A stretch of DNA of 64,000 bases from Paraspadella gotoi (lineage: Eukaryota > Animalia > Chaetognatha), in assembly GCA_051294375.1 (NCBI GenBank), contig CM119267.1, forward strand, positions 25,307,783 through 25,371,782, in the 5' to 3' direction. The stretch's first letter is position 1. Each line of letters starts with the position of its first letter. Below are positions 11,801 through 23,800 of this stretch, piece after piece. Below the pieces are notes generated by a model. That model saw only the letters and a list, made by a program, of their open reading frames with translations. It searched no databases and was not told where the DNA came from. Made by a program: the position numbers and the translations under genes.

Positions 11801-14800
11801 AGGCTCTTGCTCAATCTGCAGCAAAAGGTAAGGACGGCCAAAGGCATCGTTAATCATTTGAAATGCTTAGGTCGCAATGCAAGATAAAAGCTAAAAGGGA
11901 GTTTCAGCCTACTTTTGCACCAATTTATTGATCTCAGAGACAACTGCTTTACCCAATATTATCAATTATGCAGCCATTTGGTACTCAGAAGGTTCAGTTA
12001 CAATGTGAAGGACCGTCATTTCCCTGTGAGAAGATTAACAAGGTCCAATCGTTAACAAAATAGAAAAAAATATGAAAAAAAGTGTGATAAATTTTTTTAC
12101 TGTATGTTTTCGAAATTATGGTACTGTCATAAAATGGTTTAAAAAACGCATTTTTAATACATATTCTGTTAGAGCAGACCAAGCCCTTACCTCTACATAT
12201 TTTTTGCGACAACTTTGAAACAGGGCTTGTTCATAATCAATTAATATATCAGAAATTTGGACTGACAAACAGATTTTTACTTTTTATCAAATATTTTACT
12301 TTTTTGCACTGATGTCTTTGTTATGAGAAAAAAAACGAAAATGGAGGGTAGTAGTGGTAAATCTATGTTGTTGTGATCATTCATGATAAATTTGAATAAA
12401 AAATATGCACAACTTTGATGATAGGACATTTTTCTTTAATAAAAAAATTGAATTATCCAGTTTTTCAAAAGTATTATTTTTTGCGTTCATAATTATAATT
12501 AAAGAAACGGCGGGTAACAACATTTTGCAATTTCTAAAAACATCAGATTGAGGTAATCAATTTGCGCACAAATCTGATGTTTTTTATTTTTTGATATTTT
12601 TTATTTTTTATGCAAAAACATAATTATGAATGAGCCTTGGTCAAATCAATTTTTTTTATCATTTTTTCATATAAGCCTGACTTTTTGCCCTGATGTCTTT
12701 TCTACAAAAAGACCCATGGATTTTGGAGTAGTAGCCATAAATCTATATTTTTATGATAATCCATGATTAATTTGGAATAAAAATATGTACAACTTTAAGA
12801 CAGGGCATTTTTATTTATTAAATAATTGAATATTTTTAGTTGAAAAAAGCAGAATTTTTGTTCAATTAAGAATAAAGAAAACGAGCAAACATTTTGTATT
12901 TCTAAAAACATCAGATTGGAGATAATTATTTTGGGCCAAATCTGATGTTTTTCTTTTTTTTTTAAATTTCATTTTTATGCAAAATATTAATTATCATGAT
13001 CATTGGTCAAACCAATTTTTTAAATCTTTTTCTTATACAAGACTGACTTTCTTTAACTGATGTCTTTTCATTAAACAGGTTGGAGCAACAAAATGTCGGA
13101 TCTGCCTACGATAATTAAGTGGCATAATTTGGTCAACTGACATAATTTTGTCAGCTGGCATAATTTGGTCAACTGACAAAATTTAGTCAACTGACATAAT
13201 TTGGGCAACTGAAATAATTTAATCAACTGAATTAATTTGTAACTGACTTTGGTTAACTGACATAAATTGTTCAACTGATATAATTTGGTCAACTGACATA
13301 ATTTGGTCAACTGACTTAATTTGGTTAAATGACATAATTTGGTCAACTGACATAATTTGCTCAACTAACATTTATGGTCAACTGACTTAATTTGTTTAAC
13401 TGACATAATTTGATTAACTGACATAATTTGGTCAACCGGCATAATTTGGTCAACTGGCATAATTTTATCCACTGGCATAATTTTATCAAATGGCATAATT
13501 TGGTCAACTGGCATAATTTTATCAACTGGCATAATTTGGTCAACTTGCAGAATTTAGTCAACTGGCATAATTTGGTCAACTTGCAGAATTTAGTCAACTG
13601 GCATAATTTGGTCAACTGGCATATTGTGTCAACTTGCAGAATTTGGTCAACTGGCATATTTCTATCAATTGGCATAATTGTGTCATTCAATCTATCAATC
13701 AATCAATCAATCAGAGAGAGATTGAGAGAAACTTTAAAAAAATCAAATACATGTATTTTTTGGTTTTCTAATTTGAACTCTTTTCCACTCCTACGAGTCC
13801 ATCAAAAAATTTATATCCAGCTGTATCACATACTCACATACTCATGCGTTAGATTTCTTAAAAGTTTTCCAAATGCTCCGTTATAAAAAGCTAAAAATTG
13901 CAATAATCTCATTTGCATATTGCAGTAAAAAGAAATAACCTTTTAAAAAAATATACATAATATATAATTTTTGTTTCAGGTTTAAAACGCTTATAACTAT
14001 ATGTGGTTATTATGATTCAAAAGGTTATTAAGAAAGACTTTTTTTTTTACAAAAAAAAATGAATTTGAAAAAAAAGTACCTTGTCAAAGTGAAAAAAAGA
14101 TAGATGTAAAAACAGAATCCCAGCCAGAAATTCAGAAATTGACAAAAATTGATCGAAATGACTTTTTACGCAATGGCAAAGTTTAGTTCCAATAATATTT
14201 ATGGGTAATGGATTTTTAAATTATTCACTGTATTTTACTGTATCTCGATAGCCTGTAACAATTTTGCATAGATTTTTTAGGATAACTTCTGTAAAGACTC
14301 AGGGAATAAAAAAAAATATTCAGATGGGCTAAAATCAATAATATTTTTTTTCGCCTCGGTGGAACTCTCTTTCAGCTTTTAGCTTGCATTGCGTCTTAGA
14401 ATAAGGATAATAATATAAAACCCCGACACTGGCTGATCAATAATTATATCACGTGATCTGTATAAGAAAAGAGAAGGTTTAATACAAAATAACAAATGAT
14501 GATTAATAGTAATTAATCATAATCATACGTAAAGTTTTATTAATTATACGCAGACGAAATAAGTTTATTTCCATTCCACGATTGGCGAAAGTTATGTCCA
14601 ACATAAATATTTTAAATTTGTATATTAGTAGAAATAAGTTTGAGTTTATTTGCAAAACAATTGTCAAAACAATTTTTCTATGACGCTGAAGAAGGCTTGT
14701 AACTAAAGCCGAAACATGTACGTCCTTATGTACTAATAAAATCGTTGTTGCAAATAAACTCAAACTTATTTCTACTAATCCAAACACAACGAAAAGAAAG

Positions 14801-17800
14801 GAAATTTCGCTATGCCTAATTTGTATATTAAAAAGAATTAATATGACAGTCTGCTATCTATAATTTAAAAAAACCCAATAAAACCAAAAAAAAACAAAAC
14901 AAAAAAACCCAAAAAACCCAGTGGGCTGGGTTTTTTTAAAAAAAACCCAGGTTTTTACGGACCCAGATTAGAATGTTTTGGCGCCTCGATTTGAGGTTAT
15001 AGAAAAAATACTACATAGTTCTGTGTTTCCATTCTTTCCCAGAATGTTTCTTTTCCTGAAAACAATGGCGAGTACAAGTGCACACTGTTACCCGAAGTTG
15101 GTGAAACGGAATTCAGAGCTGCAACTATCACTGTATTGCAGGTAAGTTTTTGACCGTGATACTCGGGGACGTATGATACGTATTAAAGCAAGGGCCGATG
15201 GTCACCTTAACCAAATCTTGTTTATTCCTTTTTCTTCTTTTTGCAAAGGCGCCGTCTCCACCGACCTTCTCCATCAGCAAGGGAGTCGATAAGAACGGCC
15301 CCTATGACGAGGGTGAGTCTTACGACCTCACCTGCGCCTCCAGTGGAGGGAACCCGAAGCCGCTTATCGAGTGGAGCGTTGACGGCGTCGTCGTGCAATC
15401 GACTGTCGGCGACTCTGCGGTTCTCACCCGCGTTTTCTCCCGCCAGGTTGTATTTTGCTTTCGACTTCAAGCTTTCACGTGTGATAAATGAGAAAAATAT
15501 ATATAGTATAATATGACAAAATGCGATATAATTTAGATGTCAAAACAATTTAAAAACGTTTTGTAAAACCTAAAAAAATATGTAGGCCAATGGGACTTGG
15601 AATAATTTGCAAACTATATGCAAATGGTTTTCTTTCAGTGATACTAATAAACGATATGCTGCTGAGTTAAATAAAACTTTGCTAATTAGCTCCATTATCA
15701 CTTAGTAAAGGAATAGATTAGTATAATTTCTCTATCTCCCATTCAGGATCACCGCCGCATCTTGTCTTGCTCGGTGAAGAACAATGCGGTGAACTCTCCT
15801 CTCGTCAACTCATTCGACGTTCAAGTCAATTTCGTTCCCGTCCTCACGATCTCTCCTTTGGACGGGGACGGGATCCATCGCGTCATTCAAGGGGAAACCT
15901 TGACTCTGACCTGTGTCGCCGACGCCAATCCCGCCGTCACCGGGTGAGAAAAAAAAACTTTACTGTGGACTCTTGCGTCCACACTACCTCCTTTTCGATC
16001 ATCGCGTTTTATTATTTTTTAGTCGGATCTGCTTTTCTATAATTCACTTTGTCGGTCCGCCCCCTCAATCTTGTCGGGCATTAACTTATTTCATGTCAGA
16101 ACATCAAATTATGATAAATTATGCCAAAAAAAATATGTCCTTCCGTCAACAAAAAATACCAATTACTCGTGATTGGATGGATGGATTGGAATGAAATTTT
16201 GTATGTGGGTAGGGAAGTGTGTGATTGAGCTGTATATGAAGTTTCGATGGAATCGTCCGAGTGAAAATGAGTTGAAATGGAAAAAAACAAAAAAATATAT
16301 TTCACTATTTGAACACCAATTACTCATGAGTGGATTGGGCGATTGACTTGAAATTTTTTATTTGGGGAGAAAAGTATGTGATTAAACTGGAAATCAAGTT
16401 TCGATGGAATCGTTTGAGTGGAAATGAGTTTAAATGGAAAAAAACAAAAAACCTGTTTCACTAATTGATTATGCTTCTTTTTCTTTTTATATTAAATGTA
16501 AATGCAAGATGTATTAATTAATCAAATAATTAATCAGTTAATTAATCAATTAGTCAATTAATCAATTATTAATTAATCAGTCAATTAATCAAAACATATT
16601 TCAGATCAAGTAAATTATTTAATTGACTAATTAATTAATTAATTAATTAATAAGTCAATCAAGTCAATCGTTATCGGCATTATTGTCGTCATCGCCATCA
16701 TCGTCGTCGTTGCTTTTGTTGTGGTCAGTGTCGAAAAGACCTAAAAACAAACATTTTGGATCAAAATAATTAATTTATTAATTAAATTATTATTTTAGTT
16801 TATATAGTTTGTAATAATTAATTAATTACCGCTAATGATCGTTGGCAGATCCGACATTGTTTGCTCAAACTTGTTCTTTTCCTTTCAGTTGGGCGTGGCA
16901 ACGAGACGGCGCCGATCTCAATCAGAATACGCGGACTCTTTCAGTTTCCGGCGTCTCTGTTAATCAGCGGGGAAACTACTCGTGTTTGGCGACGAATGCT
17001 CGGGGCGTGGGATCTCGCATCATCCCTGTCGATGTTCTTTACAAGCCGAGGATCTCCCTCAACGCCACCTATACCTTCAGAGCAGGCAATGCCGCCACCG
17101 TCGTTTGTGTCATCGACGCCAATCCCAAGGAGTCCTCCGTCATTTGGCTGAACGACGGCAGTGTGTCCCGCCACGAAGCGAGGCTTCACTTCTCTGCGTT
17201 AAAACCCGAAGACGACGGGATGTACGAATGCCGAGCCACGAACGCTATGCGACCGACGGGCGGGTCTCTGACGAGCCGCACCGAGTTCGCTTCGACCCAA
17301 ATCATAGTCGAATACTTACCCGGCCATCCCAACATCTTGGGTGAACCTAAAGTAACCCAAGGCGCCACGATCAGACTCACCTGCGATTTGAACACGCAAC
17401 GCGGAAATCCCGTCGCCGACTACAAATGGAAGCGAACGCCCCTGAGTGGCGGCGCCGAGGAACTACTCAGTCCCGGGCGCGACCTCGTCATCGATTCCGC
17501 TCAAGAGTCTCACGCCGGAAAGTACGAGTGTTGGGGCGAGAATGCGGTGGGCGCTGGCCCTACTGCGCTGGTCGACGTCGTCGTCATGGTGATGCCTGCG
17601 ATGGACAACTCGTGGAACGGGATGACGCAGGAAGTTGGAGAGGATGAGACAAAGACTCTCATCTGCGCCGCGACTGGAATTCCCAGACCTCGATTGCGTT
17701 GGGTGAGTTGAGAAAAAGGTTATTCTTTAACTATTATTCTTTAACTCTGACTATAAAAGAATTATAAATCAAATAATTAATAATTAAAAAAGAATAAATA

Positions 17801-20800
17801 ATAATATTTTTACTCCTTCCTGCTTCGAAAGATCAAAGACGGTTCCTTCGTTGAAAACCGCGACGACTTCTCCGTCACCTCTCAAGACGTCGGCTCCGAC
17901 AGGGTCGAGTCCTCGCTAATTTTCCGCGGGTTTTCACGTCGACCGACCGACACCTCGCTCGCTCCCTCTGACGCCGGATCTTTCAAATGCTCGGCCACCA
18001 ACGACGCTGGAATCGCCGAATCCACCTTGCAACTCGTCGTGCTTTTCAAGCCTCGCGCTTCTCCCGACTCGGCCGACCGCTTTGCCATCGACGTTGGGGA
18101 GACGGGCTCGATTAAGCACGTCGTCGACGCCGTTCCGAAACCCACCTTTACGTGGCGCAAAAACGGGGCCGATGTTCCGATTAACGGCACCCGAGTTAAA
18201 ATAGTAGATACCCCGAAACTCGGCTCGACTTGGGAGAGCCGATTGACTTTGAATCCGGTGGAGCCGAGTGATATGGGAGATTACGAATGCGTAGCCACAA
18301 ACAACAGGGGGTCGAGCTCGAAAGGAATCAAGCTGGGTCCAGTCACCCAGCCGGACCCTCCCACCAACTTTCGCGCCGACAATGTCACGTACAAAGACGT
18401 GACGCTGCGATGGCGCGCCGGGTTCAACGGCGGACGTGAGCAGACCTTCTACATGCGGCTGAACGAGGCTAACGCGGCTCGGAGGAGGCGCCGGCGCCAG
18501 GTGGGGGAGGACAAAGAGATCGGGATGGAAAGGGTCGGCGACGCGCTCTACGGAGACTTTGAATATCGCGTTACGGGACTCAAACCCGATCAGAGATACG
18601 ACCTGGATTTTTGGGCGCGCAACGAGAAAGGTGTGAACGGAGAAGGAAAGATCAATTTTGAGACCAAGCCTTTTCCGGTGACTGCGAACGACGTACCTAA
18701 AGTCGGTTCCGTCGACGTTGAAGGAAATACGCTCAGGGTAAGAAGAACCAAGTTCGATTTTCTCAATCTCTTTGTTAGTTCTTTTATCGCCCAACTCTAT
18801 TTAAATTTCTCTACAGAAGGCTTCTTATTATAAAATGTGTCGGTTTTTTTATCGTCGCAATCGCTTTGCGTTTGCGACGTTTTTGCTGTGGTTTTGCACA
18901 TAAGTGGCATAGTTTTCGTCGTTGTTGTCGGCGTTCCATCTTATCAATCGCCTTTTTGATGATTAAATTTGGGTGTATGAAGCTGAAAATTTATATACTG
19001 CTTCTCATCAAGGTCCTTGAAATTGGGTAAGGACAGTTATTAAATGTTTTGTTTGTTTTATTAAAACAAACAAATTTTCTCTAATATTTTTATGTCTCCT
19101 TCTATCTCTCTTTTCTCTTTTAATTATATGTAGCTCTCTCTCTCTCTCTCTTTTCCCCAGTCATCGGAAAACAAGGATCGGTTATTCCAACAAAAGGTGG
19201 CGCCAGTAGTCGCTTAGATTTGATTTTTAACAAATGAGCAATAAACTATAAGCAAGTTTTAAGCGTAAGTGGGACAGACCAACGGACAGACATATCGACC
19301 GACCAACCGAAAAGTGACTTATAGAGTTGCTCCACGAGTACTCGCGGTGCAACTAAAAAAACGTGTCTGCAGCTGCTTCTGCTGATTCGAAAACGATTTG
19401 GGCTCTGCAGGGGCTTTCTTTCTTTTTCTCTCTTTTCTCCTGCTGCTTCTGCTGCTGCCTTTTGATTTTTTTTTTACGATAAACGCCTATGCCCCTGGGG
19501 TACGCTGGGCATCACAGGCAACCCGGCTGTTGCCATATCCGTTTATTTGACAATGAAAAAGTTTTCTCCTGCTGATTCGTCCGAAAACGATTTGGCTTCT
19601 CTCTCTCTCTCACTGCATTTTTATTAAACAAGTTTGAGCAAACATTGTTGGATCTGCCTACGAAAATTAATTAATTAATCGATAAATTAATTAATTTTAA
19701 TATTTAATAATTAATTATAAATTTATATACAGCTTATCATCATCGATGTCCTTAAAATAAAGTAAATGTGACTTATATTTTTTCCATTTAAACTCATTTC
19801 CACTGGCACAATTCCATCAAAACTTTATATCTAGCTTCTTCACAAACTTTCCTTCCCGCTCACAAAATTTCATCTCAATCTATTATGGGTTAAAATAATT
19901 TAGAGATGAAACAAAAAATTCGTTGTAATAGCAATTTTATATACAAGGGTTAAAATAAGTAAAAAGAGTCAAGTAAATGTGACTCATATTTTTTTCATTT
20001 AAACTCATTTCCACTCGTACCGAAACTTTATATCAAACTTCGTCACAAATTTTCCTACCCACACACAAAATTTGAACTCAATCTAATCATCCAATTATGA
20101 TTAATTAGTATTAATTAGTATTTATTGGTTAAAATAAGTTAAAATAATCCACTCACACGATTCTGTTGAAACTTTATATCCGGCTTCATCACACATGTTC
20201 CTACCCATACACAAAATTTCTCCGATCCAACCAGCCAATCACGAGTTATTGGGGCTTTTTGCTAAGGTGGGACGGATGGACGGATTGATTGACTGATTAA
20301 TAAATTGGTGATTTATTAATTGACTAATTGATTAATTAACTGATTAATTATTTGATTTATTAATACATTCAATATACATTTAATATAAAAGGGAAAAAAT
20401 CATAATTAGTGAAACAGGTTTTTTGTTTTTTCCATTTAAACTCATTTCCACTCAAACGATTCCTTCGAAACTTGATTTCCTGTTCAATCACACACTTTCC
20501 TACCCACATATAAAATTCCAGGCCAATCGCCCCATCCACTCATGAGCAATTGGTGTTCAAATAGTGAAATATATTTTTTTGTTTTTTCCATTTAAACTAG
20601 GAAGCCGCTATAGAAAAAGAAGCCAGTAACTTTTTTCTTATATTTTTGTATCGATAGATGTGGAATGACGGGAATATTGTAAATCTCAAGTTTCGCTTTA
20701 ATCGGACCTCACATTGTGGAAAAATCTTAGGAAACCCAACAAAATTCCACCCCTTTTTTTCAACATTCTCGCCTTTTAAGATTTTTGCCGATTCTGACTT

Positions 20801-23800
20801 CCTCTTACAAACTTATAATTCCGCTAGTTAATTTTTTTTCTTAAACGAGCGAAGGGAATCCACAACTTTCTGTTATTTTATGATTTCTGGGTAAAAAATA
20901 GAATAAATTACATTAACATTGGGATATTTTGAAAGTATAATGTCTTGTGAAGCCTGTGAGAGTTAAATAATTAAAAAATTCGCCTATTTTATTATTGAAA
21001 AATGACAATAAAGTAAAGAAGTTGAATGTTTTCTGGCTCATTTCAGTAAACATCCCTGTTCTCTAGCATAAAATAATGTTTACTTTTTGCTGGTGTAAAA
21101 GAAAGATAAATACTTGGCTGTGATGGGGTGAATAATATTTTGTAGAATTTTGTAAGCATGCTTGTAAAATCAGACAAGCAAATATTTAAGTGACAAAAAA
21201 TTCACATTTTCTTTATCCAAAAAACTTTAAAGTTTTACTAGAGTACAATTTAGCCTTTTTTCTTTCAGAATCATTAATAAGAATTAAATTTTCATCTATT
21301 CTTATAGGGTGTCATTAGTTTTAAAATTCATTATAATTTTGACTTAGTTTGACACTCACCCTGTAAGGAGGTTTCAGCATAAGTAATTCTAAAATTGTAT
21401 CTTGTATGTGCCCTATGATTATGGCTTCATTTTGGTACTATTACCATCCCTTTATCTTTATTCCTTCAAAAGATATTAGGAAAAATCAGTTTTTTTCTCA
21501 ACCTTCCTTTTAATTTCTTTTTAAATAAAAATTTCGCGATTCAAACCGGACTATTTCATTTAAACCTGATCATTTTATGTCAAAATCATTATAAAATGAA
21601 AAAAGAAAAATGGACAAGCTCTTCAGACACAAAGCTATCAGAATCGCGAAATTCGAAGTCGCTCATGTAACAGGAACATATAGCAATCCCGTTTGCAATT
21701 TTAAGTTTGTAAACTTTCCCTTTCATTTCTATAGTAAAAATGAGGTTTGAAAATTCTCCGGAGATGAGTAGTGCATTTCCCTGGCTTGTTTGATATTAAA
21801 TCCTTTATCAAATGCCATAAAACGAATAGGACAAGCTCTTCAGATGTAACAATATCGGAATCATGTGTTTTTACAAGTGTTTTTTAACCGAATTTCTGGC
21901 AAACGCGTTTGCAATTTGGGTAGTCAGATTTGAACGGAATTCTCTATTAGAAAAATGTTGAATTTTTTTTTAAGCGAGATTCTCGTCTATTTAAACTCAT
22001 TTCCACTCGGACGATTCCATCGAAACTTTATATCCAGCTCAATCACACACTTCCCTACCCACACACAAAATTTCATTCAAATCCATCCATCCAATCACGA
22101 ATAATTGGTGTTTTTTGCTAAGGTGGGACGGACGGACGGACATCATTTTTTTTGCATAATTTATCATAATTCGATGTTCTGACATGATATAAGTTAATGC
22201 CCGACAATATTGAGGGGGCGGACTGACGGACCGACGGACCGACAAAGTGAATTATAGAGTCGGGATCTGCTGATGACGAGCATATCCGACTAAAAAGTTT
22301 GAAATTAGTTTCGACAACGATTTATTTTTATTAGAAAAACTTACATGTTTCGGCTTTGATTCAAGCCTTCATCAGCGTTAATATACAGGAAGAGAGAGAG
22401 AGCAAAAGTTTCCAACGAATGATTCTTGTAAAAGTGTGCAATCATAGGAAGCAAAAAATTTAGATATGGTTTTTCACCATTAAGATCTTTTATTCATACA
22501 AAAATTTGTTAGTTTTTATAGAAAGATTATTAAGAATTACGGTTAATTATTTTAAAAGTGCAATTACAGGATCGAACACGGGACAATTCATTTTAGGTCG
22601 CTCAATCACTACGATTAGTGAATTCAGAGTTGGAAAAAACTCAATTTGTTTTAATATATATTTTAACTTTAATTATAATAAAAATTTTATCTTAAATTTC
22701 ATCTAATTCGGTATCGTGCTTAGTGGCTTGTTCGGAACCGAGTATGGTCACAAAATAATGTTACATCATTCTAATTATGAAGCCTTCTGTACTTATTAGA
22801 CCTCCCCAGTATCAAAGAACTGTCTCCCAAGTTCTCACTCTGTTCGGTTTCCCGTTATTTATCAATATTAGATAAGTTTTAACTCAAATCTGGAGAAAAA
22901 AAATGTGACCGCGTATCAACCCAATGAAGCGTCAATTAGCGCAATTCTCGTGTTGTAAATTTTTTTTTCCTCATAAAAAATCTAATGATTTTTTCCTATT
23001 GTTAATTTTTTATTAAATAATTTGCTACCAATGATTCAAAACTAAATTATTTATTTAAAAAGTATATTTTTTAAAACAGGGAATTTGTATAAACCGGATG
23101 TAAGGTAAAAATAACTGGAGGTAAAGGAAAAATAACCGGAAGTAGTATTAAAATAACCTTTCCTAGAAAAAGGTACAATTTTCGACCAAGGCAATTAAAA
23201 GAACTAAAACTTAACATTTGAAGAGCTTATGCCTACAATACAGAGAGTAGGGGGAGATACAGTATATATATATATATATACAATATATATATTAAGTGTA
23301 AGATATAACATAAGAATTATGTTTAGAGAAAACAAAGTTTTTATTGTTTACAAACAACAATTTTTTTGTTTAAAAAACGGACATGGTTAAATTTTGATTT
23401 GTTACGAGATAGACTCTCGGTTGTTTATTATTGAATTCGTATTTTACCGCATACGAAGTATCTGATTGATCAAGTAATTTTAAATGTAGATCTCGGATTG
23501 GTCAGTCCTTTTTCGCTGTTCCTTACCCAAAGTTATAAAAGAGATGTTCTTAACTAAAACTGTGAGGATAGATTACCAATGATTCATGACAGTAAAAATT
23601 TAAAATGTTATATTTGCAATTTTATGATTAAGTTTAAAGTTTACTATTTTTTAATAAGTTTCTCTTTTTTATGTTGAGAAATAAACTTGCTACATGATTC
23701 GCGCCTCACGCCCATGTTATATCTACTACAATAAATATTACTAAATTTATATTTTTCAAATTTCTATAAAGAAATAGCAAAGCAGAAAATACTAGCTTGT

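Larger units (their letters stand above)
10735..14966. mobile_element. hAT-like non-autonomous/composite DNA transposon
   Basis: 8-bp TSD ATTAGAAT at 10727-10734 and 14967-14974; imperfect CAGGGTT/acccag termini and subterminal aaaaaaccc repeats. Removing it leaves an ordinary ~90-bp intron. Confidence 0.75.
18812..22791. mobile_element. tacagaaggcttc MITE ends enclosing nested inserts
   Basis: TIRs at 18812 and 22791. Inside: HINE copies, an E3 fragment and a hammerhead. Confidence 0.5.

Noticed and set aside
13071-13886. ORFs with (QLTKLC)n / (NLVNWH)n repeats; CRISPR-like periodicity
   Set aside because: Translation of an 18-bp minisatellite; no spacers; eukaryotic context.
17934-18794. 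286-aa antisense ORF
   Set aside because: Shadow of the GC-rich Ig/FN3 exon; no recognisable motifs.
22262-22290. CTGATGA hammerhead seed (also 34294)
   Set aside because: No downstream GAAA/helix II; part of a HINE terminal inverted repeat, or an indel variant.
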